IMG/VR virus record: IMGVR_UViG_3300037424_001372
Coordinates: 64,001 to 128,000 of that record
Strand: one strand, 5' to 3'
Source: a virus
Lineage: Duplodnaviria > Heunggongvirae > Uroviricota > Caudoviricetes
DNA: 64,000 nucleotides
In this document: in pieces, positions 9,381 through 18,950 of the stretch
Layout of the letters: each line of letters begins with the position of its first letter
How positions within the stretch are numbered: the stretch's first letter is position 1
Translations under genes and position numbers: made by a program
Notes under the pieces: model-generated
Database searches by the model: none
Seen by the model: only the letters and a program-made list of their open reading frames with translations
Told to the model about the DNA's origin: nothing

Positions 9381-11930
9381 TTACTCATCTTTCCAATTAT
9401 GGTCATATATCAATTCTAAACGACTTCTTGTTATCGCAACATATTCTAAATTTTTTTCTTGGGCAAATTGCCAAGGTTTAGGTGTTTGCATAGGTAATAA
9501 ATCAGGTCTGATTATAAATACTCTATCAGCTTCCAATCCCTTAACCTTATGAACAGTACTCAAAACAATTCCTTGAATCTCATCAGTAAAAATAGAATTA
9601 ATTTTAAATTTCAAATCAACAATACTATTAGATAATCTTGCTAAAAATAATAATGTATTTACTTTATCTTCAAGAATAGCATAACCACTATGGTCATTAG
9701 GATTTAAAATACCGTCTTTTTTTAAACTATTGCGATATTGCAACAATTCATCGTTCCAAAAACTAACTAAATTCTCAACACTATTTATTTTTCCAATTAG
9801 TTCAATTAAATGCACTCCAATATCACTACCTTTAATTATGGCTTTTTTTCTTTGAACTAAAAATTCGAAGAAAAGTTTTACCAATGGCATGGTTGTTCGA
9901 CAAATAACAAAGTCACCACTTTGTGCTTCATCAACAACACTACCTTCTCGAACACATCCTTCAGGAGCATCTGGTAATGCTTTGATGTCGGGTACTATTT
10001 CCTGTGCTTTACGAATAACTGCTTTGGAGCATCTGAAAGAAGTGGTTAATGGTAATACTTTTGTATTTTCAAATTTTTCAAACCATTGAAAAGATTTATC
10101 ATCAACGGCATTGAAACCGTAAATACTTTGTGTTTCATCTCCGAAAGAAAATAATCTACCCTCAAGTTTTTTCGTAGTTCTATTACGTTTTAAAACCTTT
10201 TCAATAATTTTTATTTGACATCTATTAATATCCTGACAATTATGGGTAATAATGCCATAATTTTCAGCATTTCCTTTAAACATTGATGTCGATGTAGTTA
10301 TAAAATTATGATTATCTTCAACTGTCATATCATATGTTTTCTCTTTTTTATGAAATGTGTGTTCTTTAGTAACAACCATACAACCTATTTCATGAGTATT
10401 TATTTTCCAATAATCATTATTATAATAACCCCTATCCTCTAAACATAATTTATAATCCATTGATGGATGAATATATTCTCTCAATAAAAATGAGAGTTTA
10501 CGTGTGTTTTCTGCATTAAATTCTAACCAATAATATTTTTTATTTGAAGAAGAACTTTTGCCTGTACAAACTTTTGATTCAATATTCCAATTATTTTTTA
10601 TTTTATTTGAAAATTTAATTGAATTATCGTAACTTTTTGCAGTTGAATACAATCTGGAATAACTATTTCCTAAATTACCATCATCCATCCATGATATAGC
10701 CAATGATTGTAGTGATATGTTATCAATATAATCAATGGTATTATCCCAATAAAAAGTATTACTACAAAAAACAAATGCATTTTTATTTGAATATCCGTTA
10801 TTATAATTTTCATTTATTTCTTCATTAAAAAATTTTGCTTTCCATTGAATATATTCCTTCTGATTCTTACCGTGAATTACCCTTAATCTATATATAAAAT
10901 CTGAAATTTTATTAATATTACCATCACCTAATTTAGAACCAATAACTATGTTTTTTTGTGTATTATTTAATAATAAATGATATGGTTGTTCGTAATAATT
11001 AGATAAAACACAATCACCAATTATTAATTCATCTAATCGTTTCCAACCATTAGATGTTAAAAATTTATGATTAACTGTCGATTTTAATTTTCTTTTTCCG
11101 TTTAACATAACATAATATACATCTTTTTCACCAGTACACCAAACATCAAGAATTTTTTTATTTTCAAATATTTTCTTATTTTCATTATATGTAATAACAT
11201 TAGGTAATTTTCTTTTTTTCTCGTTCAAATTAAAAAGACTACCAATTTGTTTTTTACCATCAATAGTTGATATATATGTTTTATAAGGCAAACATTCATC
11301 GACAAACACATAATCCTGCGGAAAAAACCATATTGTATTATCTATTGCTGGTAAAAAAATCATATCAGTGTAATCATAAGTATTTCTATCAATAGTCATT
11401 GTATCTAATACTTTCAACACTCGTTTAATATCATTGGGTTTTGTTAACGGTATATCATATCTATCAGCAACAAATGGTATATAATCTGCTTTAGTGGTTA
11501 AAGTAAGTCTACATAAATTACAGAGTTTCTTAATATTATCTAAATATATTAAAACCTCTTCTTCAGATTTAAATTCATCATTTAACTTCCAAGATTTGGC
11601 TTTCTTTTGAATAATTTTATCTGACTTAAATTCATCAAAAACAATTTTATCACCATATTTTCGTTTAATCGCAGAATTACCTAAACCATATGTTGTGTAA
11701 CATCTAACATGTTCAGGTAATTTAGTTTCAAGTTCATCTTTAATATGTTTATTAAATGCTAAAAAAGTAATTGACTTATCCTTAGGTAATAATTTAACAC
11801 ATTCTACAGCAGTACTGGTTTTACCACTACCTGCTCGTGCTTTAATTAAAATATTTTCAGGTCTGTTTTTAGTAAATAAAAAAATTCTTTCTTGTTCAGC
11901 AGTTGGTTTAAAATTCATAATTTTACCCAA
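9381..11930 (-). CDS. UvrD/Rep SF1 helicase with an intein
   Basis: Walker A ARAGSGKT; Walker B VFVDE|CQD split by the intein; GD..QSIYGF, SFRC, STVHKVKGLE, YVAITRSR. Confidence 0.93.
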   Translation of the reverse strand: MGKIMNFKPTAEQERIFLFTKNRPENILIKARAGSGKTSTAVECVKLLPKDKSITFLAFNKHIKDELETKLPEHVRCYTTYGLGNSAIKRKYGDKIVFDEFKSDKIIQKKAKSWKLNDEFKSEEEVLIYLDNIKKLCNLCRLTLTTKADYIPFVADRYDIPLTKPNDIKRVLKVLDTMTIDRNTYDYTDMIFLPAIDNTIWFFPQDYVFVDECLPYKTYISTIDGKKQIGSLFNLNEKKRKLPNVITYNENKKIFENKKILDVWCTGEKDVYYVMLNGKRKLKSTVNHKFLTSNGWKRLDELIIGDCVLSNYYEQPYHLLLNNTQKNIVIGSKLGDGNINKISDFIYRLRVIHGKNQKEYIQWKAKFFNEEINENYNNGYSNKNAFVFCSNTFYWDNTIDYIDNISLQSLAISWMDDGNLGNSYSRLYSTAKSYDNSIKFSNKIKNNWNIESKVCTGKSSSSNKKYYWLEFNAENTRKLSFLLREYIHPSMDYKLCLEDRGYYNNDYWKINTHEIGCMVVTKEHTFHKKEKTYDMTVEDNHNFITTSTSMFKGNAENYGIITHNCQDINRCQIKIIEKVLKRNRTTKKLEGRLFSFGDETQSIYGFNAVDDKSFQWFEKFENTKVLPLTTSFRCSKAVIRKAQEIVPDIKALPDAPEGCVREGSVVDEAQSGDFVICRTTMPLVKLFFEFLVQRKKAIIKGSDIGVHLIELIGKINSVENLVSFWNDELLQYRNSLKKDGILNPNDHSGYAILEDKVNTLLFLARLSNSIVDLKFKINSIFTDEIQGIVLSTVHKVKGLEADRVFIIRPDLLPMQTPKPWQFAQEKNLEYVAITRSRLELIYDHNWKDE
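10239..11294 (-). mobile_element. 352-aa intein with a LAGLIDADG homing endonuclease
   Basis: Starts CLPYKT, block B T.NHKF, LAGLIDADG-like IGSKLGDG and ISWMDDG, block F TYDMTVEDNHNF, ends THN before +1 Cys. Confidence 0.92.
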
Positions 11931-12400
11931 TTTTCGTTATTAATTCCGTTAATTAACTCATAAATTTCATATGCTGGTTCAAAATTAAATAGATTATAGG
12001 TAAGTACTTGAACTTTTAATTCTTCAATTCTATCGAATATTTTATCATTAAATAAAATATCTTTATATGGCAATGCATCACGTTTTTCAATACTATTAAC
12101 TGAAATATGATACGGTACATTCATAAACATTATCATATCGCCAACACCTTTCATATTATCGTGAAGTATGTGAGCAACCTCATCACCTAATTGACCTAAT
12201 AGTCTTTCTGAATCTATCATTAACTGAGTAGTGTTATTATCTAATCTATCATCATTTCTTTTTAATAAATCTTGAAGTATATATCTGGTGATTTCAAGTG
12301 CGAAGAAACGATCTTCTGATCTCTGTTCATAATCATCAGGTAGTTTGATGTAAGGTCTACCAAACTCATTTAAATCAATTTCATATTCAATATTAAACAT
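11915..12400 (-). CDS. Hypothetical protein
   Basis: ATG ORF overlapping the helicase start, preceded by TATATTTG. Confidence 0.65.
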   Translation of the reverse strand: MFNIEYEIDLNEFGRPYIKLPDDYEQRSEDRFFALEITRYILQDLLKRNDDRLDNNTTQLMIDSERLLGQLGDEVAHILHDNMKGVGDMIMFMNVPYHISVNSIEKRDALPYKDILFNDKIFDRIEELKVQVLTYNLFNFEPAYEIYELINGINNENWVKL

Positions 12401-12424
12401 AGCATAATCAATTAAGTTTAACTA

Positions 12425-12432
12425 CAAATATA
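12425..12432 (-). promoter_or_regulatory. Bacteroidota-type -7 promoter element (TATATTTG)
   Basis: Matches TAnnTTTG, about 25 nt upstream of the minus-strand operon start. Confidence 0.5.
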
Positions 12433-12461
12433 CTGTAATCTTTTTAATATTAAAATTTTTT

Positions 12462-12472
12462 TAGTATTTATA
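12462..12472 (+). promoter_or_regulatory. Putative late promoter TAGTATTTATA
   Basis: 16 nt upstream of the neck gene ATG. Confidence 0.65.
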
Positions 12473-12488
12473 TGAAAATATTCTTGTA

Positions 12489-13607
12489 ATGGCATTAATT
12501 AGTGTAGCAGATAGAAATAAATTGTATCTCCATGTTAAACATGAATTGGGTTATCCTATGAGGCCGTTTGAAATTCCTGATGAAAACATGGATTCTTATT
12601 TAGAAATGGTTATTGAGGATTATTCATCATTAGTAAACAATTGGTTAATATATCAACAATGGATTGGTTTAGAAGGTATGAATAAAGAAACTGGTGATTT
12701 CCTTGCAGCATTTACTACTAAACCAAATACTTATATGGAAAGTTTTACTTATGCATATTCACGTCAAGTAGGTTTAGGTACTAATGCCCCTGCTGCGACA
12801 GGTTGGGAGTTAAAAAGGGATTTTATTATTTGTTCGGCAAATACACAACATTATATTATACCCGCAGGAAGAGAAGTTAATGAAGTTTTGTGGGAAACCC
12901 CTCCTGAAATTGATGGTGGTTTGGTCGATCCATTTGCATTAAATGCATGGAGTGCTGGAATGATGGGAATGTCGTATCTTGGGCGACCTGCACAATATGT
13001 GCAACCAACATATTCAACATTATTGGCTGCACAAGACCGTAGAATGAAACAAAGAGTATTGCAATCGACATTAACATATCGTATTACAGGTCTTGCTACT
13101 GGTGAAAAAATGTTACATCTATATCCAAACCCGGGAGATAGGCATGAAATTGCTGGGTCATGGGGAAAACATTATGAAGGAAGAAAGGTGTGGTATTGGT
13201 ATTACGATACGATAAATAAGGATAGGAATAAATGTTTAGAAGAAAATAGTGACATCATTAAATTACCATCAGACCCACCAACAAAAACATTAGAATGGGC
13301 GAAAATGAACGATGTTGCTCGTCAACAGATTCGTAATTTCTTAATAGCTAAAATTAAAATGGTAATTGGCGGTGTTCGTGGTTTTTATTCTGGTGAATTA
13401 GGTGTCGCTGAAAAGCAATTAACTATGGATTATCGTCATTTACTTGATGAAGGACAAAAATTAAAAGAAGATACTGAAAAAATAATATTAGAACAATTAA
13501 ATAAATTAAGTCAAGTTAATTTAACAGAAGAACGTGCTAAAATTGCTGAGAACGTGAACCGCGAAAGAGGATTTATGCCTCCTATGTACCCCATCATCGC
13601 AATCTAA
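12489..13607 (+). CDS. Neck/head-tail adaptor protein, gp13-like
   Basis: N-terminal HELGYP..E pattern, C-terminal G.VRGFYSG.L......L.MD...LL.EG typical of gp13-like proteins, late motif upstream. Confidence 0.7.
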   Translation: MALISVADRNKLYLHVKHELGYPMRPFEIPDENMDSYLEMVIEDYSSLVNNWLIYQQWIGLEGMNKETGDFLAAFTTKPNTYMESFTYAYSRQVGLGTNAPAATGWELKRDFIICSANTQHYIIPAGREVNEVLWETPPEIDGGLVDPFALNAWSAGMMGMSYLGRPAQYVQPTYSTLLAAQDRRMKQRVLQSTLTYRITGLATGEKMLHLYPNPGDRHEIAGSWGKHYEGRKVWYWYYDTINKDRNKCLEENSDIIKLPSDPPTKTLEWAKMNDVARQQIRNFLIAKIKMVIGGVRGFYSGELGVAEKQLTMDYRHLLDEGQKLKEDTEKIILEQLNKLSQVNLTEERAKIAENVNRERGFMPPMYPIIAI

Positions 13608-13609
13608 TT

Positions 13610-13648
13610 AAATTCGAGATGATTAAATTATAATATCATCTCGAATTT
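13610..13648. terminator. 14-bp perfect inverted repeat between convergent genes
   Basis: AAATTCGAGATGAT-11 nt-ATCATCTCGAATTT. Confidence 0.5.
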
Positions 13649-15298
13649 CATATTCCCACAATCATATACACAATGATAACCCCTTTCCATCATAATTTGA
13701 TGTTCTGTTTTATTTTTATCAAATCCTTGCTCAACCAAAACATTCTTTCTAAATTTAAATCTATGATAACGAATCAACGTATTTTTTATAAAATACCAAT
13801 AATTGATATCTGAATTACCAATGAACTTAAATCCTAATTTTAAATATAAACCACCATTACTGTAACGTCTATCTGCATATGTTAAAATAGATTTGGGTTG
13901 GTATGTTTTAACGAAATAACTAAGTAATTTACTTGCACCGCCTATTACTGTTGTGTTAAGTTTATTACAAAACCTCAGCATTTCATATTCACCATCAATA
14001 CTTATTTTATTGCCCATTGCTAATCTTTTTTTACCAAATGTCATGATTGATACTAATTCATCATCATAATATAAACCTAATTTAATTTTACCTCCTATAA
14101 ATCCTTGTATATGATTATTATTTAAAAAATTACGAATTGAATTATTATTGTTAATTTCTTTAATTTCACATTTTCTAGCAAATATTTTATTTTCAATAAT
14201 TCCTAGTTTGGATTTTATTATTGATTTAACAATATCTCTTTTATTTGCCCATTCATCTTCAAAAATATGTAGCAATTGAATACCTCGTTTTTTGCATAAA
14301 TTAGTTTTATTTAAATGAAAATCTATATTTTTAAATTTTGTTGAATGATAATAAATTCCATTAAATTCAATACCTATTTTATGCTCAGGTAAATAAATAT
14401 CTATTTCACATTTATCAATTTTTATTTTTGATGCGTTAAGGTTTAATTCATTTATTATAAAATCAAGCACCTCAAGTTCATTTATTGATGATTGTTGTGA
14501 TATTGGATAACATTCCGTACATAAATTAGTATTACTTCTTAATCTCGAAAAATAATTATTTTTTATTATTGTAAATGTTTTATGATATTTACAATAATTG
14601 CTTATTATCAATTCATTATCATGAATATTAACATCACAGTTATTTAAGTTTAAAGTATTTGAAACATTTTCAATCATTTTAATTTTAGCATTTAATTTTA
14701 TTTTATTCTTAATTGAATTAATATGATTTTTATCATATGATAAATGTTCAACACCATATTTTATTACATTAGTTTTCTTTATTTTCTCTTTAATGACTTC
14801 AGATTTAAATACATTATCAACACCATATTTATTGAATGTCGTTTTTTTTTGCTTATCTCTAATTTTCTGTACCTTCATTGGGTTATCAACACCATAATTA
14901 TTCCTACACGTTATTTCTATTTTTCTTCTAATGTCTTTTTTTTTCGATATGTGTTCATCTGAATAATATGTGATTTTTTTCTTATTTAACGTTGATTCAG
15001 ATTTATTACTACATGTAGATGAACAAAATGTCGAAAACCCCCTATTAACACTACCCAAAAATGTACAATTTTTACCACAAATAGGACATTTAGGTATTTC
15101 GTTTATATTATTAAGATATAGAAGAATTTTCTCTTTGAATAAACAACTATTTGCAGAATTATTTATTATTTTCTCATATAGTTTCGGAAGATGTTTACTC
15201 AACCATTTCTCTGTTGACTTATATCCAGACACGTTATCTGTGGTAAACCATATCTTTAATTCTTCCTCAGTGTAATTATTAACATCATTCTCAATCAT
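13628..15298 (-). CDS. Hef-like endonuclease/Mom-like GNAT fusion with 3 KYGV repeats
   Basis: PKCPICG..FCS..C, three YGV repeats, EIDIYLP..GIEFNGIYYH..HIFEDEW, HIQG, EMLRFC, GGASKLL, YADRRYS, YDCG. Confidence 0.75.
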   Translation of the reverse strand: MIENDVNNYTEEELKIWFTTDNVSGYKSTEKWLSKHLPKLYEKIINNSANSCLFKEKILLYLNNINEIPKCPICGKNCTFLGSVNRGFSTFCSSTCSNKSESTLNKKKITYYSDEHISKKKDIRRKIEITCRNNYGVDNPMKVQKIRDKQKKTTFNKYGVDNVFKSEVIKEKIKKTNVIKYGVEHLSYDKNHINSIKNKIKLNAKIKMIENVSNTLNLNNCDVNIHDNELIISNYCKYHKTFTIIKNNYFSRLRSNTNLCTECYPISQQSSINELEVLDFIINELNLNASKIKIDKCEIDIYLPEHKIGIEFNGIYYHSTKFKNIDFHLNKTNLCKKRGIQLLHIFEDEWANKRDIVKSIIKSKLGIIENKIFARKCEIKEINNNNSIRNFLNNNHIQGFIGGKIKLGLYYDDELVSIMTFGKKRLAMGNKISIDGEYEMLRFCNKLNTTVIGGASKLLSYFVKTYQPKSILTYADRRYSNGGLYLKLGFKFIGNSDINYWYFIKNTLIRYHRFKFRKNVLVEQGFDKNKTEHQIMMERGYHCVYDCGNMKFEMIL

Positions 15299-15443
15299 TT
15301 TTCATATCATTTTCTAACAACACTCTTATTTTTTCAGATAATGAATACCTCTTATCTTTACAATATTTTTGATATTGATTCTTTAACTCTGGACTTATTC
15401 TAATTTTAAGTTCAGTTGTTTTATCTTTTAAATATTTTTCCAT
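15291..15443 (-). CDS. Ribbon-helix-helix DNA-binding protein (50 aa, absent from the ORF track)
   Basis: MEKYLKDKTTELKIRISPELKNQYQKYCKDKRYSLSEKIRVLLENDMKND: alternating beta-ribbon ELKIRI, helix, then LSE.IR..L. Its stop overlaps the next start. Confidence 0.7.
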   Translation of the reverse strand: MEKYLKDKTTELKIRISPELKNQYQKYCKDKRYSLSEKIRVLLENDMKND

Positions 15444-15463
15444 TTTAATTTTGAATTAGTTCC

Positions 15464-15507
15464 CACAAATATAAATACTATAAACTTATAAAACAACAGT
15501 ATTTATA
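15464..15507. promoter_or_regulatory. Back-to-back promoters: late motif on each strand plus a minus-strand TATATTTG
   Basis: TATAAATACTA at 15470-15480 (minus), CAGTATTTATA at 15497-15507 (plus), CAAATATA at 15466-15473. Confidence 0.6.
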
Positions 15508-15545
15508 TTAAATATATTTTATGTGTAATATTTAATTGAACTTAA

Positions 15546-16106
15546 ATGAAAAAAAATAAACAAATAATTGATTTAGAAACAAATCGAATGGGTATGTTTA
15601 TGACAAACAATTCATTTAATTTGGATATAATGTATGGCAGAAATTTTCTTCAAACAGATAATGCTCAAACAGTAAAAATACATAAAATAAATATTATTGA
15701 AACTAAATCACATTCATTATATGGTCAAACAAAATCTAAAGATAAAAAATTCTTACCTCCTGTTGAATTAAGTGTTATGGTTAATATTGCTGGAGGTAAA
15801 CAAGAATATTATGGAAGTAATCAAGGTGGCATCGCTCGTGATGATAGTGGTAATATTAGTTTTGGTGTTTATTTAAAGGAATTAGAAGAAAAACAAATTG
15901 AAATTGATAGGGGTGATATTATTGAATATAATATGAGTGGTGAAAAAAATCGTTATTATGAAGTTGAAAATGCTAATAATGTTACTGATGAAACAAGTAA
16001 AACTATTGGGGGATTCAAAAATTACTGGAAAAAGATAACTGGTGTCCCCGTAAAATCTGACGTATTTAATTTTAATGATGGTGAAAAGGGCGATTTTTTA
16101 GTTTAA
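15546..16106 (+). CDS. Neck/head closure protein, gp14-like
   Basis: SLYG....K.F.PPVEL and GDII.Y......YYEV pattern, late motif, follows the gp13-like gene. Confidence 0.6.
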   Translation: MKKNKQIIDLETNRMGMFMTNNSFNLDIMYGRNFLQTDNAQTVKIHKINIIETKSHSLYGQTKSKDKKFLPPVELSVMVNIAGGKQEYYGSNQGGIARDDSGNISFGVYLKELEEKQIEIDRGDIIEYNMSGEKNRYYEVENANNVTDETSKTIGGFKNYWKKITGVPVKSDVFNFNDGEKGDFLV

Positions 16107-16125
16107 ATATTTATAATTTTTAAAT

Positions 16126-16368
16126 TTATTCATCTTTCAAATATTTTGTTTTTATTTTATTTAATTCTTCTACAATCTTTTTATGTTGTTCTTTCGATTG
16201 TATTCCTAAATCATCGGCATATTCAATATAGATATCAATAACAAAGTTTAAAAACTCTTTCTCTTTATCTCTTAAATATACCGATGATTTAATGATCTTA
16301 AACAATGTCAGTGCTAATAGCAGTATAATTACCACCAATAATAATATTATAATATATAACACTAACAT
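16126..16368 (-). CDS. Small single-pass membrane protein
   Basis: About 23 consecutive hydrophobic residues at the N-terminus. Confidence 0.6.
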   Translation of the reverse strand: MLVLYIIILLLVVIILLLALTLFKIIKSSVYLRDKEKEFLNFVIDIYIEYADDLGIQSKEQHKKIVEELNKIKTKYLKDE

Positions 16369-16385
16369 TCAATATTTATTTTTAA

Positions 16386-17216
16386 TTAGATTGCAATTTC
16401 CAATGTTTTGCTTAATTTTTGAATACCTTCAATATTTTTTATTTCAAAATCATCAATAGTATATTCATAAAAGTTTTTCATTTCTTTTAAAACTAATATT
16501 GGTTGTTCTTCTAATGGTTCACGTTTTAATAATTCATCGACAGAATCAAAATGTTTATCATATATATGTAAGTTTTGTGTCAAATGACAAAATTTACCAA
16601 TATTATATCCTAAATGACCAGCAATCATCATTTGCAATGCAACATATTGAATTTTATTAATGTAACCAGCCATAATATAATCATTACTTCTCTGTATAAG
16701 TGTTAAATCTAAATAAAAAATATTATTAACTTTTCTAACTGACCAAATAGTTTCATAAGCACATGGGTCTAAACCAATTGTAGAATTAATATCTTCATAT
16801 TGATACATGTTTATAATGTGTCTACGCGCAAATGGATTATATTCTAAAGAATATAAAAGTTTATTAATTAAATCATGTTTCTTAACTGTTGCACCATATC
16901 TTTGTCCAATAGTCCCATCACCAACATTCCATTCATCCCACCAATTAATACCTAATTTGTGTGCATCTGATAAAATATTAGATTGTTTCTGATAAATCCA
17001 AAACATTTCTTTAATTCCAGTTTTTATTGCAGTATTTCTTAAAGTAGTTATTGGAAATTCCCCTTTAGATAAATCATATTCTTCAAATATTTGAGTAATA
17101 AATTTACTATGTGCTGGTTGACCATCTTTCCATTTTGGTCTTGGGTTTTCATCCCACTGTCCATCATTTAAAATTTTATTTAAATTTTGAATGTAATAAT
17201 TATCTGCTTTTATCAT
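16386..17216 (-). CDS. thyA: Thymidylate synthase
   Basis: FPITTLR, IG.RYG, catalytic LDPC, QRSND, N..QY, NLHIYDKH. Confidence 0.95.
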   Translation of the reverse strand: MIKADNYYIQNLNKILNDGQWDENPRPKWKDGQPAHSKFITQIFEEYDLSKGEFPITTLRNTAIKTGIKEMFWIYQKQSNILSDAHKLGINWWDEWNVGDGTIGQRYGATVKKHDLINKLLYSLEYNPFARRHIINMYQYEDINSTIGLDPCAYETIWSVRKVNNIFYLDLTLIQRSNDYIMAGYINKIQYVALQMMIAGHLGYNIGKFCHLTQNLHIYDKHFDSVDELLKREPLEEQPILVLKEMKNFYEYTIDDFEIKNIEGIQKLSKTLEIAI

Positions 17217-18195
17217 AATAAAATTGATTAAATTTTTTTATATTATTAGTTAAATCTTCAATTAATATAGATGAATGTCTTGATTTTCTTATATTATCAC
17301 TCCATAATATTAATTCTAAATTAGATGGATGTGAAATTATATCAACCTCAATATTATTAATAAATCCTTCAAACACACTGAATTTATGGTCAAGTTGATA
17401 TCCATCATTACCATTTGTAACTCTTTTTAAATTTTCTGGATTAATAAATTCATTATATTTAAGATAGTTTTTTCTGGTTAAATTTCTCACACTCTTACTA
17501 TATTTTTTAAAATCACTTAAAAATTCATCTGGAATAATCAATCCTCTTAAAATTTTAGTATTCCTTTGTTTTTTCACATTTTCTTCATTATTAATTAAAA
17601 AGGAATTGGTTACACCATATTTTGTTTCAATAATGGTTTTTATTTTATGAATTATTTCGGAAGATTTAAATGGATTATCAACGCCATAATTAATTAGCCA
17701 AGTTTTCTTTGCTTTATTTTTTATTTCTTCAGAATGAAATGAATGAAATACACCAAAATTTTGAAACATTTTTTCCTTAACCTTATCATTAAGTGATTTT
17801 ACTTGAAATGTATATCCCCCGTATTTAATATTAAATGTTTCGGTTCTTTTTTTAATTCTAATTTTCTTTTCATCATCACTTAAATTCAAATAACATTCTC
17901 TAAATTTATTTTTAGTTTCGTCCGAATTGTTATTACATTTATGGGAACAATATTTATTTTGAATATTTAACATATTTTTACCACATTGTGCACATTTATT
18001 AATACTATATTTATTATATAGTATATAATTTATTCTTACACTCAACGAAGGATTCATTTCATTTAAAAATGATGTTTCTTTTTGAATTTCAAAAATAAAA
18101 TTCTCGTTCAAATGTGACATTTTTTTTGATGAAATAAGTGGTTTACTATTTCGTATAAAACAAACTTCATTAATTATTTTTTCTTTTATATTCAT
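17200..18195 (-). CDS. HNH-type free-standing endonuclease with 4 KYGV repeats
   Basis: CAQCG..YCS..C, YGV repeats, C-terminal YQLDHKFS..GF...HPSNLE.....N.RK. Confidence 0.7.
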   Translation of the reverse strand: MNIKEKIINEVCFIRNSKPLISSKKMSHLNENFIFEIQKETSFLNEMNPSLSVRINYILYNKYSINKCAQCGKNMLNIQNKYCSHKCNNNSDETKNKFRECYLNLSDDEKKIRIKKRTETFNIKYGGYTFQVKSLNDKVKEKMFQNFGVFHSFHSEEIKNKAKKTWLINYGVDNPFKSSEIIHKIKTIIETKYGVTNSFLINNEENVKKQRNTKILRGLIIPDEFLSDFKKYSKSVRNLTRKNYLKYNEFINPENLKRVTNGNDGYQLDHKFSVFEGFINNIEVDIISHPSNLELILWSDNIRKSRHSSILIEDLTNNIKKFNQFYYDKSR

Positions 18196-18306
18196 GTTTG
18201 ATTGCTTTTCTCATAAATACTAAGAAACCATAAAAAATCATAATTTATTTTGAAATATGTTTACTTTCTTTTTCAACACCATTATTTATGATGTTTTGTA
18301 ATAAGT

Positions 18307-18654
18307 CTAAAGATTGTTTACGTGTTTATTAATTAATGTTTCAAATTTTTCATTAATTTCTTTTGTTTTTTCAGATGACAATGGGAATATTGCTGGTTTT
18401 ATTATTTCAATAATTTTATTTATTTCTTTATTTTTATAAGCATTTTCAGTTATAAATATATCTCTAACTGTTATTCCACATAAATGCATTGCTTTTGAAA
18501 TACAATGATATGTAAATTTATCAGTATTAATAAACTTCCCATATCTTGATGTTTTTATATTAAAATTATCACCTACTAATGAATCAACATAATTTTGAAA
18601 ATCTTCAGTTGTTTCAGCGATAACTCCAATAGTTATTTTTTCTTTTATATTCAT
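18307..18654 (-). CDS. Hypothetical protein
   Basis: ATG ORF co-oriented with dut and thyA. Confidence 0.6.
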   Translation of the reverse strand: MNIKEKITIGVIAETTEDFQNYVDSLVGDNFNIKTSRYGKFINTDKFTYHCISKAMHLCGITVRDIFITENAYKNKEINKIIEIIKPAIFPLSSEKTKEINEKFETLINKHVNNL

Positions 18655-18667
18655 ATTTAATTAGTTT

Positions 18668-18944
18668 CTATTTGGTTATAAATATTTTTGAATCACTATA
18701 AATAGTTCTTGGAAGATTGTACACCGAAAATAATAGTTAAATCATCAAGGTCTTTCAAAATACTATTTTTAGTGTTTTAAATACTTCATAAAGTATCGTC
18801 ATGTTGTTCACCACGCATTGTAATAAATATAATTTAATGACTTTCAGAATGTAATTTAATTATCATTTCTTTAGCCTCTTCAAATCATTCATTTGTATGA
18901 TATTTTACGATAGTATTATCAATATCGGAAAAATGTACTCCCAT
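18668..18944 (-). pseudogene. Degraded HAD-family phosphatase gene
   Basis: Reads MGVHFSDIDNTIVKYHTNE*FEEAKEMIIKLHSESH*IIFITMRGEQHDDTL*SI*NTK...; DxDxT and IIFIT.R motifs with four in-frame stops and a later frameshift. Confidence 0.7.
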
Positions 18945-18950
18945 ATTTAT

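Noticed and set aside
16126-16368. Holin or spanin call for the small membrane protein
   Set aside because: No endolysin nearby, no late motif, and it ends a metabolic operon; only a TM helix is supported.
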